NCBI GenBank assembly: GCA_003344405.1
Contig: NOWV01000106.1
Location: 62,001 to 126,000 of the forward strand
Source of the DNA: Trichoplax sp. H2
Taxonomy: Eukaryota
Length of the DNA: 64,000 bases
Direction: 5' to 3'
In this document: positions 36,801-56,532 of the stretch, piece after piece
Numbering within the stretch: the stretch's first letter is position 1
Layout: the number at the start of each line of letters is the position of its first letter
Position numbers and translations under genes: made by a program
Notes under the pieces: model-generated
What the model was told of the DNA's origin: nothing
What the model saw: the letters and a program-made list of their open reading frames with translations, nothing else
Database searches by the model: none

Positions 36801-39800
36801 TGGTTATTGCTTTAGTGTAATAATTAAATTCTACCATAAAGAAGACGCTTTTCACTTACTTCTATGGATTCAGTATGACCACTATCATTTCATTTTCTCA
36901 AACGAAAATTCAGAAACGAACAGCAATAGCCGACAAGAGATTGATTAAGTAATTACATGGACAGTTTTATCAATATTTAATTGTGGACTTCATATAGAAA
37001 GCGACATATTTAATAATTATATTAGTAGACACTTCATTAAATAGCTCTTCTTTCGTAAGATCTGTAACGTAATTCTTAAATTTAGCAGTCTATTCGTGGT
37101 AAAGCTTACCAGTGCACAGGTATTATCTTACAATTCAAGAATGATCCCTGATCTATAATGTTATATTTAATGCTTTGCATCACGTCGCTGCATTTATTTA
37201 ATTAAAGTCACTAATCAGACTATAGCGATTGCCAATACGGTACATAAAGAATGAAATAAATAATTAAATATTTCACCCTGACTAACAATGAGTATTTGCG
37301 AAAATATTTCTAATTAATCAATATTCGTGTTTGTAAAAGCCTAATGTTTCATTTTCTATTCTAAATGATCGTATGTATTGAAATGTTAGCGTAAATAGTG
37401 ATGTAATTTGGTTAACAGATTAAAAATGGCCTCACTAAGTCATGGAATGATCTTAAGAAACAAAATAAATATCCACTTATTCGACTTATACATTTTAGAT
37501 ACCTTCTTATTACATTGGTAGAAGGTACAAGTTAATAATTGTATTTCAGTAAGTTGTGAACATTTATTAATTACTTTCCATAGTAGACAAAAGATTACAT
37601 CTTACTATGTTAACTAATTTAATGTTATATCGAATTTTTACTATCTATGCCTTTATCATCTCACATACCGGGATAGTATTTACAACTCTATTTTCAATAA
37701 GGGAAACTGTTTGCTTAGCGCTACTTTCTCTAAGGTTACCTAATGGTGAAAATAGCGATGAGTTAAGAATAGCAATAAAATTTTGAATTATGTGATAGTA
37801 CCTATATCATATAAATGATTATAAGTAATATATCTTATTGATAATCGGTTTATCTTCAGGTATGTATGATAACAGGGATTGAACTATCTCTACAATACGA
37901 AGTTCTATTATAAGAGTATAGGTAAAGGACGATTAAATGTTGCCCTTTAGCTAAGACCAAAGTTAAGGGTATGATAAATAATAGAAAGGCCTTTGTGAGA
38001 AAGTATTGGCTGCCTATGCAATTATACAACGAAATTAGAAATATTTATATTTTATCTTGTATAATGGATAGTAAAGAGTAATCAATCGAATTGTTCGTTC
38101 AAAGTATGACTCAAAGAGCTGTAAAATGTTATAGAGAAATAGCAATTAACTCTATCTTGAAAACAAGTTAGAAACAGAAGAAATTGTTCAATTAACTACC
38201 ATACAGATGTCAATTGTGAATCTACCTTGAAATAGAAAAGGTGTTATGATAATTATCAGTACCAGGATAATATCCTGGCCAATATGAATGGTAGTAAATT
38301 TATTCTAAATTGCTCAAATTGTATTGTCTATCAATGCGTCAATAACTGTTTGCCATTATTACAGCTTTTCTCTTATATTCTATGTCGATAATAATGAGCA
38401 TTGTCCATATTTTTTTTATTTTCGTTGTATGTCTAGTTGTAAAAACCTATCCTAAGGAAGGCTACTGTTGTATTTGAAAATAAGTCATCAATCGATATTG
38501 AAAATTATGTTTATGATTTTTATGGTTTGGACATCAATAGCATTATGTCAGGATATTCATTAGTATAAAAATAAATGAATTAAATATTGAACCTACTACG
38601 AAATAGGGATAGACTATAAACAATAACCAACGATATAAGTCTTAACTCAATTCATTAGCTAAAAAAACAAAAGATTGCCATCCAATTTTTAACCTCCAAT
38701 ATCTATCACGTTTACTAATAAAGAGTTATTGTTTGTGATGGTTGTTAGGGCGATATTAATTGATTTCCTTCTCCTTGCAATTTTTCATTTTTTCTCTTTC
38801 GGTAAGTTGAACTCTTTATCTATCGATAAAAACTACGTAGCGTAAAAGTTAGTGGAAATATCGAGTAAAAATCTTCGAGAAAGACTATCAAAGCTGGTTA
38901 ACGTACGAGTATAAAATTTTTTAACTAGAAATTCTATTTTGACTCTTCGTATGTTATTCAAATAGAACGATCCAAGGTCGGAAAATCTAAATTTATACCA
39001 AAAAATCAATTCTCAACTTATTTTAATCAAATTAAAGAAGGCAAACATTTTTGACGATAACTGGCGGCTCTATATTACAAAATTTTATAGGAATCTTATT
39101 AATCGATGGATAATTTGAGCGCATTTCTTGTTAAAGTTATAATATAGTCACTATTCTATCAACGGAAAAAGTAGCCAAGAAATATCCTTGCAAGAAGAAT
39201 TTGCTTTAAACTCCGTGAAAAAGTTTCAAGTTTAGGTTTAGCTTATATCTTAAAGTAAGTATTATCCACTGTAGTATTTCTTTGAGGTATAACCTTACAA
39301 GGGGATAAATTTTTATAAATTTGCTACTCTAATCGAGTTTCTTAAATCTATCATTTAAATCAGTCGATAAAGAGTTCAATATTACATTGTACTAAAAGTA
39401 AATAGAATAAGATTTACGCGTACTCTAGTAACTTTGACTGAACAAATTTATTCCAAGATTTAAAGTATAGATTTTAGCACTATTGAGCGCTGTCTATCCA
39501 GATTTACCTATCGTATATATGTAAAGGGTAATTAATAATTATATAATTGTTTTCGCTTGGTTTGATTTTATAAAGTCTTCAAATGTGTTCACTTTATATT
39601 GTTTCGATACACCTTGTCTATTAAGTTAGTGATTCTTAGAGTAAAACTGTCAGAATTATCGCTGCAACTTCCACTTTAATTTGTTGAAAATGTTATGTGT
39701 TTTAAACGTGTACACCGGTAATAATCTACGCCAGTTTTACTAAACTACGAAGTTAGTAAGCGAAAGTGTTTGACTTATAAAGGCACCTTTATGATTAACC

Positions 39801-39982
39801 AATGCACTCTATGTTATTATAGTCTAAACTATCCAGTTCGACCCCTTTCTATATTTAATATAGTTAATAAATAAATCAACATATTATAGCCATAGATAGT
39901 GTTTACTTTGATTAGTAAATTCATTCTAATGTAATCTTTTCTATATCGCAATCGTTATTTTTAGAGATTAGTCGTTGCTTCC

Positions 39983-42932
39983 ATGTCTACTGAAGGAGTC
40001 GACCCCCGATTATCCAGGTTTGTAATCTTTTATCAATGTTATACCGTTAACATTTTGCGACTAAAAGTTGATCTAAATATCGCAAATATTAAATAATTTC
40101 TTTCGTTAATACAAGTAATTCATCACCTTTTTAGTGAAAATTTTAAGCTCGATCTTATAAATAAATATCTAATCGTCATAAAGTAAAAGTGAACGAAAGA
40201 TCTTTTAATAGTTTATGAAGCGACCATTCACTGTGAATTTTTCGTTTAAAAAATTAACATTTTTAGCTGAGGACATTAAAAGTTTCAAACGATTATAATA
40301 GTAATTTATAACTGTAATTTTTGCAAGAAATAATGGCACAATGAGTAGTTCGACATGACCATTTAATGAAATTTATGAGAAAGCACACCTTCGGAACAAG
40401 ATTCATTTTACAGTTCATGATATTAAGTTTCATAGTTATAAATGTACCCTATCATAGCTTTTCCGTATTCCATCTATCCTTTTTTTGATCATAGAAATAA
40501 ACACAACTATACTCTAATTTATGCTATATTTTACAAAATGAAACATCAGTCGTCACGTCACGTCTTTGTCCAAACAGTTCATTATATATTTATTATTATT
40601 ATAATTGCATACTTGAGGTTAGCTTAATACGCAAAAATACCTTTAATATATTTGTTAGTTGATGTACAATCCCTAATACTATCGATTTATTGATCCATGT
40701 TAGGTTTAACTATTAGCAAATCATATTGTAAAATACCGTAAAATTAGTATAAAAACAAGTCTATTTACAAAATGGGATAATGACATAGAAATATTATCAG
40801 GGTGGATCCCTATGACGAGATAAATCTCGTACGATCTAAAGTAGTATAGCCAATTTTACAGGATCTAAAGCGATTGGTTAAATTTGTAGTAAGGAAAGTA
40901 GTATGCGTGGATATTACGCATAAAATACATTTGAAGGCGTATATTGGCACAATACTTGGTGCAGTTGCCAAATTACCTTCATACACAGATGATTAGTTCT
41001 TTTAGCTACTATGTCCGGATGAGGTGAAGTCGTCGATAATAGAATATTTTACTTGGATAATTATTTATTGCTTGATTATACCTTGACTTAGCTACACGTA
41101 TTAGTGGTTTTAAGATTCGATTATAGTATAGAACATGACTGGACTAACATAACATACAGTACCTAAATATTACCGAAGTAATTCAACTGATATTTAATCA
41201 GGAATATAGTATTCACTGGATATTAGTGCCCTGTATCATATAACTATTTTACTTATACGTGCATATAATAAAATTTTGCTATATTTCGAATCACTGCTGA
41301 CAGCGAGAACTAAATTTGCTTTAGTGTAAACAGGCTAAATGATCAATCGCATAAACCAGGATATCAAACCATTACTCGTGACTCTAGCTCAAGTACAGTC
41401 TGTAATCTTACAGTATCACCTAATCACCTTAATCGTCTTACACTGCCAAAACTTCAAAGATCATTCCATGAAAATTCAACTACAACTACAGGTAGCTAAA
41501 TTCGTTAAAATATTTGAACATGAGGTATAGCATATTGGATTTACGCAATAGTAATATTATATACTGTATATACTACTATAACATATAAATCATCCGCAAT
41601 TTAAAACTATTTATTCACTTTTTTGATCATAGGTATTAAGAAATCAAAATTTGAAAAGAAAAAACCAAAACCTCTTCACATTTCAGCTAATCAATATTTA
41701 AAGCCAACGAATGGTGTTGATTATTTGCGCTATTATCGCCGAGCGAGTCAACAGTTAAATAATCAGTATTCTATAGAATTCTTGGAAGATAATTATGAAC
41801 CACCAGCATCGGAAAATTATTTTAGTTGTAAAGATACAATTAGTAAGTTAAATAAATTAATTGATCGGCGTAAAACAATTCATGGCACGATAGACTGTAT
41901 ATTGCAAGGCATTGCATGGTGTGGTATATTGTATAGATCTTACATGGATTTGTAGTATATTATTACTGTACTGTAAATTTAATTTTTATTTTGATGAATG
42001 ATACATAAGTAAGTATTCCTGCAAATCGTTGGTAAAATAAGGTATAGGGTTTGATATAATTTGCTTTAGTTATTTCGCCTGCCATACAGTAACATTCTCC
42101 TATCTTATGACTATTTTATTGTACGGTTATTATATATGAAATAAATCATCCATCACCGGCAAGTTTTTCGAGCCTTGTAATAGTGCAGTTAATTAGATAC
42201 CTGTACTTGTCCAAAAACTCAGTTACTATTATCTATTAATGTAAATTTTAAAATCATTTATCGATATTAGCCTTATTAAGATTTAACAACTTTGTCTGAT
42301 TAATTATCTACCTTATCCTTATATTATTTAGTTGTTTCAGGGATCGTATTATTACTTATGTTCTATATTGGTTTAGGAATTATTGGTAAGGCTACCATAA
42401 AATCTATAATTTAAAGAAATAAATTATCGGTTAAGTTACGGTTCTCCAATGTTTTAGGATCGTACAAATTTTTATAATCTTTCTATCCTAAATTACAGTA
42501 TATAAGTTAATTAAAGGATAAATTGATATAAACGGAGTATTAATTTTTTTTCTAGGAACCTTCACTTTGGTTGCCAATGACTGCCCTATCAGTATTTATA
42601 TACCAATCTATTTATTAGGTCTGTGTTTGCTATCCATATTGCAAACAATACAATGCACGCAGAGCAAAAGTAGTACTTTTCGACGCCATTCCTTACGGTG
42701 TTTTTTTGCCTTAATATTTATTTGGTCCATATGTGGTAGCTCCTATGTATTTTCCGTGTATTTACCTGATTTCGAAGATCGAGGTCTATCTAATCGTTAT
42801 TGTCGTCGTTTGGTGTATTTAGTTGCATTTTTTACATCTATTGCTTATCTTGTTATTTATACTTTTATGTCACTATATTACCTCAATCGATTTCTGCGTC
42901 ATATTAAACGCCCCTCTGAAGTTGATTTATGA
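39983..42932 (+). CDS. TMEM272-like four-TM membrane protein with a long N-terminal extension
   Basis: Phase-compatible exons 39983-40017, 41334-41491, 41633-41923, 42332-42385 (TM1 VVSGIVLLLMFYIGLGII) and 42556-42932. The C-terminal part has the TMEM272-type motifs G...NDCP..IYIPIYLL, F.F.W.I.GS.YVFSVY.P and YC...VYL.AF. The 5' exons are less certain than the last two. Confidence 0.7.
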
Positions 42933-44038
42933 ATGTAGAAAGAGCTCACTAAATGTGCGGATTTTAACATGTTAATAGGAGGAAAATAAAGTATCATTGT
43001 TAATTTTGTTGGACTGTTTCTTCTATAAGTTGTAATAAATAAAGTAAATACAGGAAATTGGCCTATTTTGAAGCTTATTGTGCTTGTCTTAGCCAAAAAT
43101 GCGAGTTAAATTATGCAATAATAGCCTTCTGAGCTAATTTCGTCTGTAGTTAGGATTCAAAACCAAGTAAATAGTATCCTACATAATTCCTTACCATGTA
43201 TTCGTATAACGTAATAATAGTCTATGGAAATATTTAAGGTACATCACTAAACACAGTTGAAACTGTAATTACTACAGAAACTGCGTGTATCGATATAATT
43301 TAATTAATGAATGAATACGCGCTCAATAAGTTAATAAATATTGAATCTACCATTTTACAATAACTACACAAGCAGAAGTATCCTTTATTTAATTAGACAT
43401 CATGGGTATGGAATGGGTTCCTACTATGATCATTTGTCAATTAATTATTAATTACAACTGTGAGCATGCTGTTGACTGTTGTCAACAATCTCTAGTATAC
43501 TATACTCATTGTACGTATATATGGAACTATACTAGCAGAGCAGCAAATAATTTTAAATGTTACACATGCTAGTTTACATGTTGAGACAGAAAAGAGCAAA
43601 TTTCATATCAATGATTTAATTTTAAAAATTTACAAACCTTTATTTAGAAGAAATGGAGAAATAACAAGTTCTAGCATAATAATAGTTCTAACATTGGTAA
43701 AATTTCAATTTCAATAAGTAGGCGGTGTACATTCCAGTAGTATGTTGCAATGGCTAAATGTTAAATGTTCCTTTGCATAAACATAGTTAAATAAAGTTTT
43801 ATATTTACTAAAGGATTAAAAAGTACATAGATTTCAGAGTCAGACGAAGATTCCGATAACACAACAATTTGTGTATAACTCTCTTAAACGTACGAAGATA
43901 CCATACCTCCAACAGTAATATAATTAAGCGATTATTACAAATAGTTATCGGCAACGGAATTTCTTTGTAGTATACCATATTGTATTACTAATGACACACA
44001 AACATTCTGTATCAGCTGTTTCACCCTAAGGCTAATAC

Positions 44039-47000
44039 CTAGGATTGCTGCGAAAAAAACCTATAAGCTAACGCTACGCCCAAGACTACAATAGCAACCG
44101 GAAGAACCCAACTCATTCCACTGTAACAAAAGAAAAAAAGATATCATTAACATCTACTATTACATAATCATAAGCTCATGTAACAATTATATAATGATGA
44201 GTCGCTGACAGGTAAAATGTGAAAACGTAACTTAATATGCATTTCATCATGAAGTGTTTAAGTTTTCTACTGCAATTACAAAATTTGAGCTTTCTACCAA
44301 TGATCAACATAGATTACGCTGTAAATGCTGTAAACGCTACAAACTACGCAAACTTATATGGGTATGGAAAGCATTTAACTAATCAGTTGATAAAAGTACT
44401 TTTAATCAGAGAACAATTTCTTCAGGCATGTTTACTGTAGATTAGAGGTAAAATTTCAAATGCTTTGCTTTTGTTTACTCTACGTACCTCGACGCAGTGG
44501 CACTTTGTTGGGGAGCAGGCTGTAGCAAGATTTGTGGTAAAAAATTAATTTAGTAACAGTTATTGCCGATTATTTGTACATAAATTTAGTATTAGAAGGT
44601 TTTATTAATGCTACATTGACAAGTTGTGAAATATGATAGAGATGCGTTAATGGACAGTTTATGATTCGTCGAATATCAACTACTGGCATCGATTACCACA
44701 GTTACTACATACAAGTCCATTGTAATAGCATAATATTAACGATCAATTACAAAAGGATGCTATTTTGTAGGTTCACGTATGGTTAATAAAAAAATACTAG
44801 TACTAAACAACATTTTAACATAATGACCATGTTTAGCGATTTGTTACTTACTTTTGCTTTGGCTTGGTCTTCCTCACTCTTTACAAATAGTACAAATATA
44901 GACAAAAATGAAAGAAAGAAAAAAAAACATACGTTAATATTAATAATTATTAGAGGTCCAGTTAGTAGATGCCAGAAAAGAGAAGCTTTTTCTCAGTATT
45001 CTTCAGTTCGGCAAAATATTACCATGGAGAAAATAAAAAGAAGGATAAAAGAGTTACTAAAATCTGAACAGAGTGCTTTCCCGTATGTCGTTTAATCTCT
45101 TTTCTTGTCTTTACGTCATCTGTCTTTTTATTAATCTTAATATCTCATTTACTAGAGTTAGATTGTAGTATACATGCTAGGACAAAATATCACTGAGTCG
45201 AAGTTTGTTACTACATATCAAATTAGCACCAAGGGCATTCTACGCTTTATGTACAGTACATACTTTAATAAAGTAGCATCTAGAGTACTAGTTGAGATAA
45301 AGTTTGTTGCTATATCAAATTAGCACCAAGAGTAATGGCAGTATAGTATCGACCGGTGCTAATCACTCACTCAATCTAGGCACGCTAATTCATTAAACTT
45401 ATGGTTACAGTGTCGTATACTGAGAGTTTTACGTTTCAAGACAGTTTTGTCAGCGGTTGACAAATTTCAATTTACCCCTTTACTTTAAAGATAAATCATA
45501 CCTCTACAATATCACCAATATAATGTTGTGTTAGCAGTGCTTGAGCATCGGTGGAATGACCAACATCATTAAATGCTTCAGTAGCATCTTTTCCTAAGTA
45601 TATCAATGTCAAGGATAATTTTTAACACTTACAATGAATAAAGCATTGATACGATCAAAATTGCTATTACAATAGGATGTAATTCGCATACATCTGTTGG
45701 CGATATGAATACACGATATATTGTGTCAATGTTCCACTTTATTATTACTGTAATTAAAGTAAAGTAAATAACTTGCACAGCATCTTTTGCTTCCTGTATT
45801 TCATTAATGAATCATAATAAAGCCTGCAACAACTATACTGGAACTACTATATTGTTCTTCCAGATAGTAACGGTACTATAAATTTGACTTTAATCAAGCG
45901 AAAAGGGCTGTTTGTGAAATTGACTTGATCCCGTTTTTGCATGTAATAGTGGAAGATTTACATCATACAGTACATGGCAGCCAAAAAAACACGATGTCAT
46001 CGCTGTAAAGCTGCTACTGTCGTAGTACAGTCATTCCATACTTTAAATTTGTATCTTATCTTGCCATAATAATCATGTCATGATGTTTATAAATTGCATT
46101 CAGAAAAGTAAAAGCTAATATGCACGCGACAGCAACGTGTTAAATCAAGATACAACACGTGAAAATTGAAGGGGTGCGACAAAGAGTTGAGAATACTATC
46201 ACGTCGTCGGGGTTTTTGCTTCCAGGTCAATGGACGATGACCATGTGGATAAACTGTAATTTATTTGGTATTGAGATACACTTTCTTGAGAGTGGGAAAC
46301 TGGCCGTACAGACCATCGACGCATGATTTCGATGGTATTAACTGATAATTGTACAGTACTATCATAAGTATGGACAATTTAGAAAATTCCTCATATTTTA
46401 ATAATAACTCAGTAAAAATACAACAGTCTAGTCTAGTCCAGTTCTATCTAGCTGTAAAGTAGTCTGCATAGGCGTCTATTTCGCAGAATGTAGACTTCAC
46501 CTTAGAGCTGACGTAGCATTTTCGAGCTTGGTAGCGTATGTTATTTATGGTTTAAATTTTAAAGTTTAAACTAGGGTTTTCATACGGGGAAATAGGGTAG
46601 TAAAATTCATTGAAGAACCCTGAGCTATCGTCTATCCGGTGAGTGATTAATGTCCAATTTTTTTTTAGATCAGATTCGGAGTAAGAAATACGGACCAAAA
46701 TAAAGATTTGATACAGGTTTAGACTGGCGTAGGTATAGTATTACTGTCAGTGCATGCCTTAATTTTCTATGAAACGCAGACTACAACATTATGGGGTAGA
46801 TTCTACACGTGTTGAGATGAAATACTTCAGCAAGAATGAATTGGAAAATTAAAAATTTATTTTACATTGCCACATTGACAGATCATACCTGCAAATTCTA
46901 AGACGACTTCCTCACCACCGGGATGCTAAATGACGGAAAATTAAAGTTAAATAGGCCTACGATATTATTACATTCTAAATGTCTTTATCAAAGTCGTTAC

Positions 47001-47436
47001 ATAAAGTAGAATGGTAAAATCAAAAATTGGCCCAAGTTGCCCACTTCGAATGGATTGTCTATTTCAAAAGTCGACTACTCTGTTTCTTCAAGCAGATAAA
47101 TTACTTGTTTAAAGCTATATACCTAAGAGATACTTAACAAGGCTAAATGTACTGTACAGTAGATTATCAATGGCTCCATAAGTTAACTTGAGAAATGCCA
47201 ATCCATTGAAAGAGACAACAGCAAGCGTCCAGTTATCCGCCGACTGCTGAACGAATTTACCTCTACTATGCTACTTTCATATCCAAAAAACTGAATTTCC
47301 ACAACAGTATTATTTTTATTACCTCTGGGATAAACTTGCTGACATCATAAACTTTATTCTTGATGATAATCCATGCTGAATCGACGTCGCTATGTTCGGC
47401 TACTTCTGATCTCTTATATTGATTGTCGGAAGCCAT
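44039..47436 (-). CDS. CYB5: Cytochrome b5, tail-anchored, 6 coding exons
   Basis: Exons 47323-47436 (MASDNQYKRSEVAEH..SAWIIIKNKVYDVSKFIPE), 46889-46925 (HPGGEEVVLEFA), 45502-45593 (GKDATEAFNDVGHSTDA..YIGDIVE), 44852-44878, 44488-44519 and 44039-44120 (SWVLPVAIVVLGVALAYRFFSQQS*). Both heme-ligating His residues are present. Confidence 0.95.
45194..45330. repeat. Short (~38-bp) direct repeat in a cytochrome b5 intron
   Basis: AAGTTTGTTACTACATATCAAATTAGCACCAAG and AAGTTTGTTGCTATATCAAATTAGCACCAAG, ~100 bp apart. Confidence 0.7.
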
Positions 47437-48060
47437 ATTGGATGGAGGCGGATGTTGGCAAATCTTTCAAGTGGTGACCAGAGCGATACCGTAACGGAGT
47501 TTATGGTACCGAGCTACAAATCGTACAGTGTATAGTACTGTACATTGTAGAGTCAGGCTTGAGGATGGTATCGGACAGTACGTTACGCTAGTATACAACA
47601 GTATGAAATTGGAGAAAAACGGGTAGTCAGAACAAGTTCAGTATGAATTCTTTTACAATACTAACTGCACAGTACTGTACACTGTACTCTGCACACTGGA
47701 CCATACTGCGCCGAATTGTATCGCTTGTATTGGTACTCAATCACGTCTTGATACTATACGATACTGTATCGTGATCTTTCGTAATTTATTAGTCTACACT
47801 AGCGGACAACATGCACGCGAGAGACAAAGTCCTTTTGCAACAGCTCATCATGGACAAATTGTTCCTGCAATTTCTGTTTTATGCGCCATCGAATAAATTG
47901 ATTTTGCGCTTCCAACGCTCAATTAGATAGATAGACATTGCAGGATAAAATGGCCTTTGATCGGCTACGGCTGTCCTGATTACTATATCGTACACTGGTC
48001 AATCCATGACCTCAGGGCAGAGTACAATCAGTACAGGACAAACTACAAAGTCCACATGCA

Positions 48061-48205
48061 TTTGGCGACTGGAGGAGCAATTAAGAATGATTATATAGAA
48101 TGATTGAATTCATTACTGTATTATGTAATGATTGGCCACTGGAGGAGCAATTAAGAATGATTATATACAATTATTGAATTAATTACTGTACAGTATTATG
48201 TAATG
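48061..48205. repeat. Two-copy ~70-bp tandem repeat
   Basis: TTGGC[G/C]ACTGGAGGAGCAATTAAGAATGATTATATA...ATTACTGTA...TTATGTAATG starts at 48062 and 48132. Confidence 0.9.
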
Positions 48206-48907
48206 GAATACCTTCAGCACTTATGGCTACAGTCTACCGATATAGATTGTATACATATTAGTCACTCAACTATATACAGTATTTCTGGACGCTTGTACAC
48301 CATATTGTGTCTTTTCAGAATAGTGAAGATAGCGTTGCAAATGCAGCTTGGCGTTGTAGCTTGCTTACGGTCAGCTTGAATACGAGTTGAATAATAATAA
48401 GACTATTACTGTACGTAGAGTGTAGAAGGAGAGAGGGGGCTGACGATTTGCAATACAAGATGTACCTTAAATAAAACAAAACAATAATGCTGTATGTACT
48501 CAAATCCCTTGTCAACGCGGACAAATCTTCCTCTACAGTATATTGAGACTAGCGTTGAGCCACTGATAGAGATAGACTCGTAATATTAGTCATTGTCACC
48601 ATATAAATCTAGATGCCGGCGGTTTGCTGATTTTTATGTGTAACAGACGCACTCATTGCATCGCCAATAAAATAATGCATTACACTTTAATAATATTAGC
48701 TCAACAAATAAATTGCCATTACATACAATGAATTTCAGAATAAACTAATTTTTATATATCAAATCTATTTCAGCGACAAGTCTTCATTGACTGCTATACA
48801 GAATTCGTCTTAGTGTGCCCTTATAAGATAGTCATTAGGATCCAGTGCATTTAAAAATATAATCATTGATACGCATATCTTTCGCTTTCACAAATATTCG
48901 TTGAGCG

Positions 48908-54182
<5,275 letters not shown>

Positions 54183-56532
54183 ATGTCAAGTAAAGAAGGT
54201 ATGCCTAAAGTTTGTATAATATTGAGTAAGGATACAGATTGATTTATGGTTGTTCTCCTTTCACATATAAACATACTGTATTATGATTAAATGGCGAGTG
54301 TGGAGTACAGTTATGATTGTAATTATTATTATTATTATCATCGAATCAATTATATATCTATGCTCGTTGATGGCTTTCATAATAGAATCATAAAGATCAA
54401 ATCGACGTATAAAGGGACACAATTTATGACTTTATTATCTGTGTTATTGGCAAAAGAAGCAGCAATTAAATCTTCCGCTATTGACTATACTGTACTGTAT
54501 CTTTTATCGAGCTAAATAAATGGGTTAATCTTTTCTCGTTACGAATTACGCATGTTATAATTGTAACCCATTAACAATCTCTTATGCCAGCAGATATGTA
54601 TAAGTACCCTACTTTAGCGAATTGCTTCGTGCCAGTTATAATACATCCTTTGTTGTATCGACCGTTATATTGCCACGCAAAAGCTCATTGATTTGCATAG
54701 GGGTACTGCTTAATCAATTAGAACTTCTGTATCCAACTGAAACACGCATTCTATGAAATGAATGATTATCAATATATGCAAATACGGCCTAAAGTCCCTA
54801 GTTTAATTTATTTATTTATCTATAATTGAATCCACGAGCTTGTCTGTCTACATGAGTAATAATATTTTAAATTGAATTTTGTCTTTAGAAAGAAACGAAA
54901 GGAAACGCCGTCATGATCATCAGTATGACGAGAGCGAGAGCTCTGATAGCGACAATGAAGGTCAAAAACAACATGATAACAAAAGATCATCGTGTTGTAC
55001 TGATTAATATCTATTAATAATTATAGTATAATTCTTATTTAATGATATTGGTAGTTGTTTGATAGTGCTATGTTTGCAGTGCCGAATTAAGTAGCAGTGA
55101 ACTGTTACATTTATCTATCAAATCTATCCTATTGACGATTGACTACTTTATAGCTGTTATGTCTATCGTACGTTACACTGTGCAACCTGCAGTGCAACTG
55201 AATAGTAGACTCATGGGATTTCAATCTTTCTGTCATCAAATTAGCCAATACTCAACAGAACAAATCCCATCTACAGTATATTATTTACTACATAGTACTG
55301 TACCTGTAAAACAGTATACGAGTATGTAATGGATTTTATAGAAATAAAAGATTAATTTTTGCAATGACTTAATTGCCTTCGTAGGATGACTATATCTTAT
55401 TTGCTCTTATAATTATCACTTTATAGATAGTCATAGAAAGAAGCAACATCATGGCGGTCGGAGGAATAGTAGTAGTTCATCAGCGTCTAATACGTCAATC
55501 AGTGACAGCGATTCCGGTAATTAACATTTAACATATACTGCATATGTGTAGTTATTAACTTATCCTGGAAATACCACGTTAAAATATATCAGTAGGTAAA
55601 GATTATAAAGTATCCTACGGTATGATTATTGACCATGCTAACCACCTTTAAAAATAATATAATACGATGTTTAATAGAAGAAAGAAGAAAAGAAAAGAAA
55701 AAACATAAGAAAAAATTAAAGGTTATATGCGAATTTCAATAGTTAGGATTAATTTCTATCGTAGTAGCAATTAGAGATCTCTCGATTTTGATGAGTATGA
55801 GTAAATCTTTCTTTATATTTACTGTTGGTTTATGCATAACCAGATGTGATGTCGATAAATCCTAGAATTATTTTGTAGCTATTAACTAGTTGTAAAATTA
55901 TTATAGAAAGAGAAAAAGAAGAAAAAAAAATTAAAAAAAGATAAAAAATCCAAGAAACATTCGGAAAGTAAATCATCAGGTCCGGTTCAGCTGTCTCAGG
56001 TATCTAATTGAAAATATGAAACTTGCTCGACAATTTCGATCGTGTTATTAAAGCGATAAGGTAGTCATCACATACCATAGATTCTAGCCAATATTTTAAT
56101 GACTATTGTCAGAGATATGTCAATAATAAAAATTTGTCAATTTATGCTAGGCAATTTTGTGATCTACATATAACCCTGTTTTTCTATACAATTCAATACT
56201 GTAGTACCTTCAAGAACGGAAAAAGGATGAGGATCAACGAAGTGCAGTCTCCGGGAAAAAAATGAAACTTAAAATCAAGAAATCAACGGAGGATAAGCAG
56301 GTATTAATATGTATATAATGCAATAATATGCTTATCTTACACCAACAAGGAAAATAGCTTATTCCACTGTACTAACAGTGATTCTCATTTCTGTTTCATT
56401 TATATCCATCACGTGTGAATTTCTATAGTATATTCCACTGTTTGGAAGTTTATTTACTTTTTTATTTTTTTAATGTAGAGAGAGAAGAACAGACAGGAAC
56501 TGCTTAATTTTTTAAATTCCCAGTTTGGCTAA
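54183..56532 (+). CDS. Uncharacterised small Lys/Arg/Ser-rich (probably nuclear) protein, 7 coding exons
   Basis: Phase-compatible exons 54183-54198, 54889-54960, 55427-55516, 55678-55721, 55907-55999, 56205-56300 and 56479-56532. Product: MSSKEERNERKRRHDHQYDESESSDSDNE...KKHKKKLKKEKKKKKKLKK...GPVQLSQYLQERKKDEDQRSAVSGKKMKLKIKKSTEDKQREKNRQELLNFLNSQFG*. Confidence 0.85.

Noticed and set aside
41339-41530. ORF MINRINQDIK...
   Set aside because: Alternate frame of the TMEM272-like exon 41334-41491. Splice phases favour the other frame.
46312-46336. 8-bp hairpin ACCATCGA/TCGATGGT in a cytochrome b5 intron
   Set aside because: Short enough to arise by chance, with no snoRNA or miRNA features.
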